From: Schmidtea polychroa | Taxonomy: Eukaryota | Assembly (NCBI GenBank): GCA_044892525.1 | Contig: CM097888.1 | Span: 91,016,001-91,080,000 of the forward strand | Length of the DNA stretch: 64,000 bases | Direction: 5' to 3' | Shown: piece by piece, positions 38,274 through 50,229 of the stretch | Numbering within the stretch: the stretch's first letter is position 1 | Layout of the letters: every line of letters begins with the position of its first letter | The notes under the pieces: generated by a model | The model's input: only the letters and a program-made list of their open reading frames with translations | The model's database searches: none | Told to the model about the DNA's origin: nothing | Made by a program: the position numbers and the translations under genes

Positions 38274-39271
38274 ATGAATAACTATACTATATTTATAATA
38301 TATAAACAAATTATAAATTCTATAAATTTTAAATTATAAATAAAAATTTTAAACAATTAATTTTTTAAAAATAATTTTCAATAATCAATTATATTTAAAA
38401 TTTCAGTGAAAAGTGTAGATAAATTAGTTGAATTACTGGTGAAGAATGGCTACTCAAAACGGTTTTTATTGTTAACGTTGAAAGAGACTGTTGATAAATG
38501 TATGAATAATGCTAAGGATCGTAGTAAATTGACTGATAAGTCGAATGATGTAGTGAATATGAGAGTTGATACTAACAAACAAGATGATCCGAAATATATG
38601 ATGGTATTACCGTATTTTGAAGGATATAAAGATTTCAAAAGAAAGATAGTCAAACTGCTGGGTGAATTGAATTATAGAATTGTTTCAAAATCGTGCAAAG
38701 TACGTAGTATGTTTGTTAGTAAATCTCAAACGCCGGTTGGATTGTGTTCGGATCTCGTTTATCAATTAACATGTAATGGGTGTAATGCCACATACATTGG
38801 AGAGGCTTCCCGTCATCTCTGTACTCGAGTTCAAGAACACTGTCGACCAAAGAGAATGTCTAATATTAAAGATCACCATAACGTCTGTATGAGAGAATTA
38901 GGAATGTCGGATTTTAAAATCTTATCAAAAAATTTTTCATAATTGTTTTGAGCGTGTGATATGTGAAGCATTATTGATAAGAACTTTTAATCCTAAAATC
39001 AATGTGCAGAATGCAGTGTATGCGTGTGTGTGTTGAATGTTTTTAATTAAATTTTTGTATGTTGATTGAATAATAGTTATGTTAAATAATTAAAAAAATA
39101 ATTAAAAAAATAATTAAAATAATATTTTTAAATAATTCTAAAAGTTTAAATAAAATTGATTATTGAAAATTATATTTAAAAAAAATAATTGTTTAAAATT
39201 TTTATTTATAATTTAAAATTTATAGATTTTATTATTTATTTATATATTATCAATATAGTATAGTTATTCAT
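38274..39271 (+). mobile_element. Second-family Penelope-like fragment (GIY-YIG) bracketed by ~125-bp inverted repeats
   Basis: ORF 38406-38942 MVLPYF...LVYQLTCNGCNATYIGEASRHLCTRVQEH, continuing ERVICEALLIRTFNPKINVQ. ATGAATAACTATACTAT (38274) and ATAGTATAGTTATTCAT (39255-39271) mark the inverted arms. Confidence 0.85.
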
Positions 39272-41614
39272 GATTTTTATGTTATTATAGTTATTATGAT
39301 TTCATCTTTTGCTGAATATATTATTATTTATTTCTTGTACGGTGTTTCTTTGGTATTGATTCTACATAATCCAGTTGGTTTATTTCATGCCCTAATTATC
39401 TGCTATTTGATTCATTACTGTTTTGAAGACATTGGTTATAAATTGTGATATTTTTGGCTGATCTTTAGATAGATGCCTAATGAAAGAATTGTAGATATGC
39501 AAAAATATATTTCTCATAGTTGATAAAGCAATCGACCGATTCCCTGACTCTTATTTAGTGTGGATCATTGCAGTAATGTTGAATGATAATTTAATTGGAG
39601 TTCTTATTTTTAATGGGTAAACTGATTTAAAACCCATTCATGATTTCCCGATTCTTCTTGTTGTATGTTTTATGAGTTCAGGTGCAGATTATTTAGTTGA
39701 ACATTCCTTTAATGAAGTTATACTCAAATTACATTTTCCGTTGTACAATGCCATAACAATTATGTGTTAAGGATTTTGTATTCCTAGGAATCTTATAATT
39801 ATATTTTAGTTCTCTCTTTATCCTCAAAATCCAAATTAAATCTGGCGAGCGATGATATGTAAGTGGAAGTTTGTCAGAAGCCAAATATCCTAGGATTGAT
39901 TTTATTTTGTTTAAGTTAAAAAATGAATTAAATTAAAAAATGTCTAAAAATAAAATTTTCGTTAAAAAGACTTTAAATAAATTTTATTTAAATAATGCTT
40001 AAAAATTATTTTTACTAAAAAACATGAAAGAGTTTCAAATAAAAAGTTTAAAAATAAATTCTCACTAGAAAAATGCTTTAAAATATTTACTAAAAAATCC
40101 TAAAAGAATTTTCATTAAAAAATGCCTAAAAAGAATTTGTCCCTAAAAAAGCCTAAGCTAAAAGTTGGATTTTCTAATGTAATTGTCCTATGTAACACTT
40201 GATAAAAGCAATACGGAAAATGTAAGAAAATAAAATTTTACAAATATCCAAAAACTTAATAAAAAAGATTCTGTATTTATAATGGCAATGTTGAACTTAT
40301 CCCGGAAAATGAAAGAATTCAAAGTGATTAACACTGTATAAATTGGCATAACGATATTATAATACTACTCAATCATCCATAAAAGATCGCGACATTATAA
40401 ATGCATTTCATTTGCGGAATTTGCATAAACTTTACCATATAATTACGCAGTTAGCAAAACTGATTAGTGATATAATTAGCATATTTGGTTATTAATATAA
40501 TTGAGACCAACTACACGTAATATTGTATGAGCAATTAAAAGATTATATGCTAGCAAGAAAGAATAGAACATAATTGAATAGAATAGAACATAATAGAACA
40601 TAATAGAACCCAATAGAACATAATTGAATGTTTGTGCAAGAGAAATATTGGTTTAGATAAGCACGCATTCCATTTCATGGAATAACATCATTTATGTGGA
40701 AATGGAATTAAGGAAATCATGGGCCATGTCCAAAAGTTCGTTTAGTTTTATAATTTACAGATTTATGGAGAAAGAAAAATGTCAATATTAGATTCTTAAA
40801 GCATTATTTTGTGAATATTCGCTGTTTCTCCTACAATGCTGAAATTAAATGAAAATGTGCGGCGTTATTGGGTTGGTGATAGAATTAAAATTCATTGACT
40901 CCAAGCGTGTATTTGACTGACCCACAAATAAAACTTGACAACAGAAATCTTTATTGATAATTACAAATAATTTTCACTTTACACTGACAATCAATCCAAC
41001 CCTCTGCTCGGTGACTATACAATGCTTATTGCAACACTCAGTGAGGAATAGCACTTGTGTATAACACCGGATTGAAAGATCACTAATTACTGATTGGTTT
41101 ATCGACTGGGACTTTGAGTTGGTTGTTTTCTTTGACCTTCTTAGACAACTTTATTCAAATATTCAAATAACTTCCTTTGTTTATTTCTCAACTAATTCTT
41201 TTCTGAAAATTCTCCAACAAATTGTTTTCCAATAACTACTCGTCTCAATGACTTCTATAAAATTTCTCCCACAATTTCTCCGTTAGTTTATCTACTTTTG
41301 ACTCGTTTTCCGTTTCGTTCTCCAATAAATTTAGTCTAATATTTTGTCTGGTTTTTTGTGTCCCTCAGTTTCTCTTTATAAAGCTTGCTTTATTTGTGGC
41401 ATTAGAGATAATCAAATGTTTCCCACTTTTTCTCCTGCATTTCCCGACTGTTCCCATTTAATATAATCAGCGACAACTCATCAATAATATCATCATATTA
41501 TTGAGTGTTCTGAACTACTATGAGTTATCACGCATACCCCTTGTTGTATCAACAAAATCCAGATTTTGCGAATGGAGTTTCCGCTCATTTATTAGATAAG
41601 TCATTTGGATAATT

Positions 41615-41720
41615 AGTTATCGTGCATTTGAGTGATGAGTTATCGTGCATTTGAGTGATGAGTTATCGTGCATTTGAGTGATGAGTTATCGTGCATTTGA
41701 GTAATGAGTTATTGCGCATT
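41615..41720. repeat. 23-bp minisatellite (~4.5 copies)
   Basis: AGTTATCGTGCATTTGAGTGATG in tandem. Confidence 0.95.
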
Positions 41721-42094
41721 GTGTAGGTTTAATTACTGTTGATATGTGCTGGTAAATTTTATATGTATGTTTTATATATGCTTCGTGAATTCTATTACTT
41801 TATATATCTTAATTTGAACAATCATGAGATATATAAGAGGATTTTTTGTAACATTGGCTCTTAGTGCTGTATTATCTTATAATGTTTCTTCCTAGTTTTG
41901 GATATCTTAAAAATTATTTTAATTTTCTTAGCTCAGCCCATGCATTTGTATAAGGTATTAATATATCGTATAAATGTGTACTACTAGATGCGATCAAGTG
42001 AAATATATGTGTAGCGCCAATTGCCTCCAAATATGTCCGCATAAAATCCTAGACAGAGAACTACAAGAAAGACTTATTCCAGGAATTGATAAAT

Positions 42095-44160
42095 TATTCA
42101 CTATTAATTTCGTTTTTACAGAAATGCATCAATTATAAAATTGATTTAATAATTAATTAATTGTGTGAAATAAAACCAATCGATAAATGATATATTGAGA
42201 ATCGAATTGATATTAATACAATAATTGTGTTGTTGAAATCAATAATATTATAGGATTATATACATTTAGTGGAGCATTATATATCAATGGGACAGGTAGC
42301 GGTGATAGTGACAGTGACAGTGACCGTGACGATGACGGTGACGAAATGAAATAATTTGCATGTGCCAGCCAGAGCATTTGGCTAGAGTATTAGTGCAATA
42401 ATGCACAATTGCGTCCTGCTGGAAGCAATCAAGCGTAGTACTGTATGTATGTATGTATGTATGTGTGTATGTGTGTCTGTGTGTGTGTCTGTGTGTGTGT
42501 AATATGAAGCCCCTCGCTTTATTGCAGTTGACCAAGATGACATTGACGCATTATTTACAATAATATCTCATTTATTATCAAACAAATAATAATAAAAATA
42601 ATAATAATCAATAAGCTCAAAATTTGCATAATCAATTGAGCCCTTCTCTCTGCGTGTGGCGGTGGTATTTGTGGTGGTCCTTGTGGTAGTAGCGCAACAT
42701 CAATGCGTGAGTTATATCGATTATAAATGTGCATTTGATTAAAACAAAATCATTTGCTACTATTGTATAACAAAGTTTTGCATAAACAATCACATAACAA
42801 TGGATGCCGTAACAACGGCACAGTGCACAGTGTGTGACACAATCAATTCATATCACAAATGAGAATTGGTATATAGAAGGGACTGTACGGAAGGGAGGAT
42901 AAGAGCGGGGGGGGGGGGGGGGGGGGTAATGGAGCATTTGTGACACCCTCACAGATGAATAACTCAACTAGAATTTATTGATTTAAGGTGTTTGCCCGAT
43001 TATTATTATTATTTATGGTGCGTAATTGATTTTCTTGATTATTGTGGCTAATTTGGCAGACAATTTGAATTTGAATCGATTGTAGCGGGTGATATTGCCA
43101 ATTCTCTGTCAATCAGATCATTTGATTGGGTGATTGATTGCGTCATACAGATTATTCCTTATAACCAACCAGCCAATCACACTGTAGCACAAATTGCTTT
43201 TTTATTTTTATATTTTTATTTCTTATTTTCATTCTTTCCTTTTTTCTTATCTCCGCTTATTTTTTAAATATTTCCCTTTTACATTTCATTTTCCCACCTT
43301 TTTATAATGGATAATTCCGAAATGTGTAATTTAACTGTTGCCAGCACTGTTGCCACCTTTGGCAAATTTTTGACACGGACATTTGAGTAAATTAATGTTT
43401 TTGTAACACGAAATGAAGCTGTTATGATTACAATTGATTAACATACAAAATGGATTGATTCTTAAAAACAGGAAAATATTTTGTAAAGTCAATGTAAATT
43501 TTATTTTTTATTTTTATAACTGCATTTTATATTGCTCCGTATTTTATATTGCTCCGTATTTTATATTGCTCCGTATTTTATATTGCTCCGCGCTGCTTCT
43601 AAAAGCTTTTTATTTCCTGCTGCCATAGCCAAAAATTTGTCGCATTTTATTTTGAAATTGTTACGAATTAATAATTCGGCTTTAACATGATCAGGCGTTA
43701 AACGGTTCCCTTTATCCCCCCACCCCAATGAGCACATTACTGAAAAAGGAATTACAGGCGGGAATGCTGAATAAAAATTCCATAAACTTCCTCAGTATTT
43801 GCGCCCACAATTGTCCATCGCTTTTTTCGTTCTTTTCGTTTTCGGTGATATATTTAGCTAATATGAATTATTTAGTTGACGACAAATCGAAGTGGCAGAT
43901 CAATTCGGATGCAACCTGGACAGGTGGCAGCACTGGTTACCAGTGACAACCGTTTATTTCTATCATCATTCGGTTACGAATTGATCAATTATTCACTATT
44001 AATTTCATTTTGTTGAGAAATGCAGCATCAATTAAATAATTGATTTAATAATCAATCAATTGTATGAAATAAAACCAATCAATAAATAATATATTGAGAA
44101 TCGAATTGATATTAATCCAATAATTATATTTGATTTATATAATTACTATAGGATTATTTA
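42095..44160. repeat. Dispersed ~165-bp direct repeat pair (42095-42260 and 43990-44160)
   Basis: Both share AATTATTCACTATTAATTTC...AAATAAAACCAATC...ATATATTGAGAATCGAATTGATATTAAT. Confidence 0.8.
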
Positions 44161-45000
44161 TGGGCAATGTTCATAGGAAGGCCATTTGGTACCCAGGGCA
44201 AGCGCAAGGGCGCCATTCAAAATAAATGTGCTAAAGTCATGGGAAATTGTCTGATTATTGTTTGTTTGTTGTTTAAATGTTTCATATTTTTTCGCGCACA
44301 GTTTTAATATTTTACATTTCTGGAATGGTGAGTGCAATAAATTTTCTCGAATAGTTATGTGAATTTTGAGTGAATATCGATTTTTTAAATTTCCCAGTGA
44401 TCTAATCAATAGTTTTCAAAGGAAATTTGATTGCTTGGCACAGCGAATTAAATACTTTATATGGATATTTTTTTGAATTTATTGATTTTTAAACTTTTCA
44501 ATTTTTATAGTGAAATAATCAATATTTCATAAAATATTTGCAATTCATTGCAATAAGCACAGAAAATCAATATATGGTGAAAGTGAATTATCTATTCAAA
44601 TAAGGTTGACGAGATCAGAGGAGTAAAGGAAGTGCCAAGGAAGTGCTGTAATATATATATGGAAGATGCAATCGAATGTTTTGATGCGGTTTCATAAAGA
44701 ATGGATGGAGTTGAGAGCCTATCTGGAGGAATAGATCGAGATGTCTCTCTGTATAATTTGGATAAGAAGAACAAGGAGAACAGCAATAACGATTGAGAGA
44801 GACTATTGAAGCTGTGTAAATAGATGAAACAGAATGGAAAGTATATAATATCGATATCAATAGCAACAGCATTAGCAACAATACCAATAATAACCGTGAC
44901 TGATATAAGGTGAGTTTATATAGTAAATTAATCCGGTTAGCATATACAAATAGATAGATTAATATTGCTGATTCTATGGTGCGTTTCTATGGCGGCTGTT

Positions 45001-47307
45001 GGATCCAATTGGATGCTAGTGGATACTATTAGGTGTCATGGGTGCTATTGAATGCAATTGGGTCCTATTGGGTACTATTAGATTCTATTAGGTGCTATTG
45101 AATGCCATTAGGTGCCATTGGGTGCTATTAGGTGCTATTCGGTCCTATTGAATGCAATTGGGTCCTATTGGGTGCTATTGGATGCCATTGGGTGCTATTA
45201 AATGCTATTGAATGCCATTAGGTGCTATTGAATGATATTAGGTGCTATTGAATGCTATTAGGTGCTATTGAGTGCTATTGGATGTTATTGAATGCTATTC
45301 GGTCCTATTGAATGCAGTTGGGTCCTATTGGGTGCTATTAGGTGCTATTGAATGCCATTAGGTGCTATTGAATGCTATTCGGTCCTATTGAATGCAATTG
45401 GATCCTATTGGGTGCTATTGGATGCCATTGGGTGCTATTGATTGCTATTGGGTCCTACTAATGCTATTGGGTCCTACTAGGTGCTATTCGGTCCTATTGA
45501 ATGCAATTGGGTCCTATTGGGTGCTATTGGACGCCATTGGGTGCTATTGAATGCTATTGGATGCTATTAGATGCTATTGGGTCTTATTTGGTACTATTGG
45601 GTCCTACTAGATGCCATTGGGTCTTATTAGAAGCTATTCGGTCCTACTAGGTCCTACTAGGTGTTATTGGGTCCTACTAGGTGCTATTGGGTCCTACTAG
45701 GTGCTATTGGATCCTACTAGGTGCTATTGGGTCCTACTAGATGCTATTGGGTCCTACTAGATGCTATTGGGTCCTACTAGGTGCTATTGGGTCCTACTAG
45801 ATGCTATTGGGTCCTACTAGGTGCTATTCGGTCCTATTGAATGCAATTGGGTCCTATTGGGTGCTATTGGACGCCATTGGGTGCTATTGAATGCTATTGG
45901 ATGCTATTGGATGCTATTAGATGCTATTGGGTCTTATTTGGTACTATTGGGTCCTACTAGATGCCATTGGGTCTTATTAGAAGCTATTCGGTCCTAATAG
46001 GTCCTACTAGGTGTTATTGGGTCCTACTAGGTGCTATTGGGTCCTACTAGGTGCTATTGGATCCTACTAGGTGCTATTGGGTCCTACTAGATGCTATTGG
46101 GTCCTACTAGATGCTATTGGGTCCTACTAGGTACTATTGGGTCCTACTAGGTGCTATTGGGTCCTACTAGATGCTATTGGGTCCTACTAGATGCTATTGG
46201 GTCCTGCTAGATACTATTGGGTCCTACTAGGTGCTATTGGGTCCTACTAGGTTCTATTGGGTCCTACTAGATGCTATTGGGTCCTACTAGGTGCTATTGG
46301 GTCCTACTAGGTGCTATTGGGTCCTACTAGGTGCTATTGGGTCCTACTAGGTGCTATTGGGTCCTACTAAGTGCTATTGGGTCCTACTAGGTGCTATTGG
46401 GTCCTACTAGGTGCTATTGGGTCCTACTAGATACTATTGGGTCCTACTAGGTGCTATTGGGTCCTACTAGGTGCTATTGGGTCCTACTAGGTGCTATTGG
46501 GTCCTACTAGGTGCTATTGGGTCCTACTAGGTGCTATTGGGTCCTACTAGGTGCTATTGGGTCCTACTAGGTGCTATTGGATCCTACTAGGTGTTATTGG
46601 GTCCTACTAGGTGCTATTGGGTCCTACTAGGTGCTATTGGATCCTACTAGGTGCTATTGGGTCCTACTAGATGCTATTGGGTCCTACTAGATGCTATTGG
46701 GTCCTAATAGGTGCTATTGGGTCCTACTAGGTGCTATTTGGTCCTACTAGGTGCTATTGGGTCCTACTAGGTGCTATTGGGTCCTACTAGGTACTATTGG
46801 GTCCTACTAGATGCTATTGGGTCCTACTAGGTGCTATTGGGTCCTAATAGGTGCTATTGGGTCCTACTAGGTGCTATTTGGTCCTACTAGGTGCTATTGG
46901 GTCCTACTAGGTGCTATTGGGTCCTACTAGGTACTATTGGGTCCTACTAGATGCTATTGGGTCCTACTAGGTGTTATTGGGTCCTACTAGGTGCTATTGG
47001 GTCCTACTAGGTGCTATTGGATCCTACTAGGTGCTATTGGGTCCTACTAGATGCTATTGGGTCCTACTAGATGCTATTGGGTCCTAATAGGTGCTATTGG
47101 GTCCTACTAGGTGCTATTTGGTCCTACTAGGTGCTATTGGGTCCTACTAGGTGCTATTGGGTCCTACTAGGTACTATTGGGTCCTACTAGATGCTATTGG
47201 GTCCTACTAGGTGCTATTGGGTCCTACTAGGTGCTATTGGGTCCTACTAGGTGCTATTGGGTCCTACTAGGTGCTATTGGGTCCTACTAGGTGCTATTGG
47301 ATCTTAT
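45001..47307. repeat. ~2.3-kb satellite of 20-bp unit GGTCCTACTAGGTGCTATTG built from 10-bp subunits
   Basis: Directly visible. A 20-nt period puts stop codons in every frame on both strands, so it is non-coding. Confidence 0.98.
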
Positions 47308-47559
47308 TCAGCGCCGGCTTTACACAGTGCTGTAATAATGCCGCTCTAGGTGGGTATACAGCTTGGGTAATTTGTTACCAGGTGAGTGATCGCAGTGCTT
47401 GCATTAGACAATTTTGTGCCACATAAAAAGTGATATTAGTAACACGAAGGACAACAAATAATTTTCATAACATAAAAAATATTTTTAAATTTTAATTTTT
47501 CATAATTTTGCCGCCCCTTAAAATAATTAAAAATATTTAATCAATTATTAATTGCCAAT

Positions 47560-48780
47560 AATTTTTAAATTATTAATTTATTTTTTTCTTTAATTATTCT
47601 TTAATTATTAATTGATTTGTAAATATTGATTGTCAATAATTATAATTAATAAAATAAATCAATATGAATATAATTAATTAAATAATTATTTAATTTATAT
47701 ATAAATAATTACATTTTTAATAATCATTAATTTTCTTTTTTCATTCAATTGTTTATTATAAATTTAACTTTAATTATTTTAATTAAGTCATTTCATTAAT
47801 TAATTATAATTTTTTGATTATAAATTAACTAATTCATTTTATTTTTCTATTCAATTAATTTTAGTAATTTATATAATAATTAATAATTATATATTTGGTA
47901 ATTTTAAATTACTCATTTAATTAATAATCATTTATTTCTTTAATTATTAATTAATTTGTAATTATTAATTGTCAATAATTATAATTTATAAAATAAATAA
48001 TTATGAATATAATTAATTAAATAATTATTTATTTTATATAAAATTAATTACATTTTAGATAGTCAATAATTTTCATTTTTTTTATTTAATTATATTAATT
48101 TAATTAATTATTAAATTATTAATAAATTAGTAAATATTGATTATCAATAATTATAATTTATAAAATAAATAATTAGGTATATAATTAATTAAATAATTAT
48201 TTAATTTATTTATAATTAATTATAATTTTAATAATCAATAATTTTCATTTTTCATTTAATTGTTTATTATAAATTTTATTTAAATCATTTAATTAAATCA
48301 TTTCATTAATTAATTTATATAATAATTAATAATTATATATTTGGTAATTTTAAATAACTTATTTAATTAATCGTCATTTTTATTTGATTATTTTAATATA
48401 ATTAAATTAATTTATATTTATTAATTAATTATATTTTTCAAAATTTATAATTTAATAATTAATTATATCAATATTTATAAAAATAATTAATTATTTATAT
48501 TAATTAATAATTAATAAAATAAATAATTATGAATATAATTAATTAAATAATTATTTAATTTATAAATAATTAATTATATTTTTAATAATCAATAATTTTC
48601 ATTTTTCATTTAATAATTTAATTTAATTAATAATTATATATTTGGTAATTTTTAATTACTTATTTAATTACATTAATTAATCATTATTTTTATTCGATTA
48701 TTTTAATTATTTTTTATTAATTAATTAATTAATTAATTATATTTTAATTAATAATATTGCTAATAGTTATTAATGAATAA
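47560..48780. repeat. Extremely AT-rich degenerate tandem repeat
   Basis: Almost no G/C. Blocks such as GTCAATAATTATAATTTATAAAATAAATAATTATGAATATAATTAATTAAATAATTATT recur near 47630, 47970, 48140 and 48520. Confidence 0.8.
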
Positions 48781-48814
48781 TAATGAGGAGAGCAATCGGG
48801 ATAAAATCACTAAC

Positions 48815-49613
48815 TGAATTGATCAGTGACCACCGATATCGAGTGCGCTGCTCCCCATCCGAATTCATTGAGAGCAGTCACGGTCACTAGGTAATTGCTG
48901 GCCGGCTGGATATTGGAATCATTGATTGCCATTGATAAATGCGTGCTAGCAGCTGTCAGGAATGTAGTAGCATTATCAATCTGGCTGCAATTCCTCAGTG
49001 ATGGATCTAGCAAGCTCTGTGCAATCAGCTGAGCTGGCAACTCCTGGCAATCGCTACAACTGACCAGCCAGCGCTTCATGCATATCGAATCATTCAATTG
49101 TCCACCAATCGCCATTAAATACGCTAGAATCCCTCCTCCAATCACTGAAGGACGATCCCATTCAATCAGGAGATTATTCACTCCCCATTTGCTTGTTCCC
49201 TTCAGGTTTTGCACTGGTGAACTCTTGCTCAATGCTGCAATGTTGACAACATCTGTTACTATGGAACTAGCATTATTGATGGAGATTGCATACGTACTGC
49301 CGCTGGTGATGCAGCATATGTTAAATGTTGCATAGATTTGTCCATTAGTTATGTTACCATTGACATACTTTATAAGCCCACAACTGCTGTTCTGAGGCGG
49401 CACAGTTTCTGATAGCTAGAATCATCGGTTATTCCGTCAGTAATTTAATAAGTTTTACACTCTGATTATTGATAGATATTAAATTGCTGGTAAAGCAAGA
49501 TGCTTCAGAAACATTGATATAGAATACAGTTTGTGATTCTAGGACCGTTACATTAATTATAACTGATAGATATGTATTCTTTTGAGAAAAACTCGCAATC
49601 AATCCAAATGAAT
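48815..49613 (-). CDS. 5' exons of the tandem-FN3 surface-protein gene (possible Ig-like region + divergent FN3 domain)
   Basis: Exon 49613-49459 (phase-1 acceptor ttttag), 43-nt intron 49458-49416 (GTAAAAC..TAG), exon 49415-48815 ending TDQF-A|GTTAGT (phase 1). Encodes SPVQNLKG...IEWDRPSVIGGGILAY...CMKRWLVSCSDC...C...INDSNIQPASNYLVTVTALNEFGWG, colinear with the cassettes. Confidence 0.82.
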
Positions 49614-50229
49614 CTAAAAGATAGTAATTAATAATATATAAAGTTAACAAAACTTGCATTGTATTAGATTTGTTACAAAAATAAGATGTATAAACAGTCT
49701 AATAATTTCCGATCTCATTTAAATAGAAATAAACCACTCGTTAATAATAGCAATAAATATTAAAATCTCGATTTTCTTTAGAATATTATAATATGATATT
49801 AGATTTATAATTTAGAAGTTGCTCACTAGCTTTTATTTTAATTGATTTAATCAAACAAATTCTTTATTTTTAATTTTAACGTCAAATTAATGATTCTAAG
49901 TTGAAAAAAACTTCTTACAGTTCATCTAATCCTAGAAGTTCCAAAACTTTTTTGTTCCGTAAATCCGTTGATGAGTTTTTATGTTTTTGATAGAACTGCT
50001 TTCCTAAAATAAAACATCTACAGAAGCGCAAAAATATATGTTTGAAAAGCTACATGGAGTTTTTCACTTTCATAGTTTTTACAGTAGAATAAAAATGTAA
50101 ACTGAAAAAACATGTATATTTTTAAAGTTATACGTTAATTAAAACTACATATGCTGAAAAATCACTTCTTTTAATGAAAGGGATAAATAGTAAAGTTTCA
50201 ATATTTGGCTTCAATTTTGTCAATTGCAA

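Noticed and set aside
40908-41475. Possible solo LTR (minus strand TGTCGC...AATAAAGATTTCTGT...ACA)
   Set aside because: No matching TSD and no second copy in the window to define its ends.
44615-44887. Minus-strand ORF with signal-peptide-like start MVLLLMLLLLISIL
   Set aside because: The start derives from low-complexity TTG/CTA repeats, and there is no recognisable domain or splice context.
45001-47307. CRISPR array or repetitive protein
   Set aside because: There are no unique spacers or cas genes, the context is eukaryotic, and every frame contains stops.
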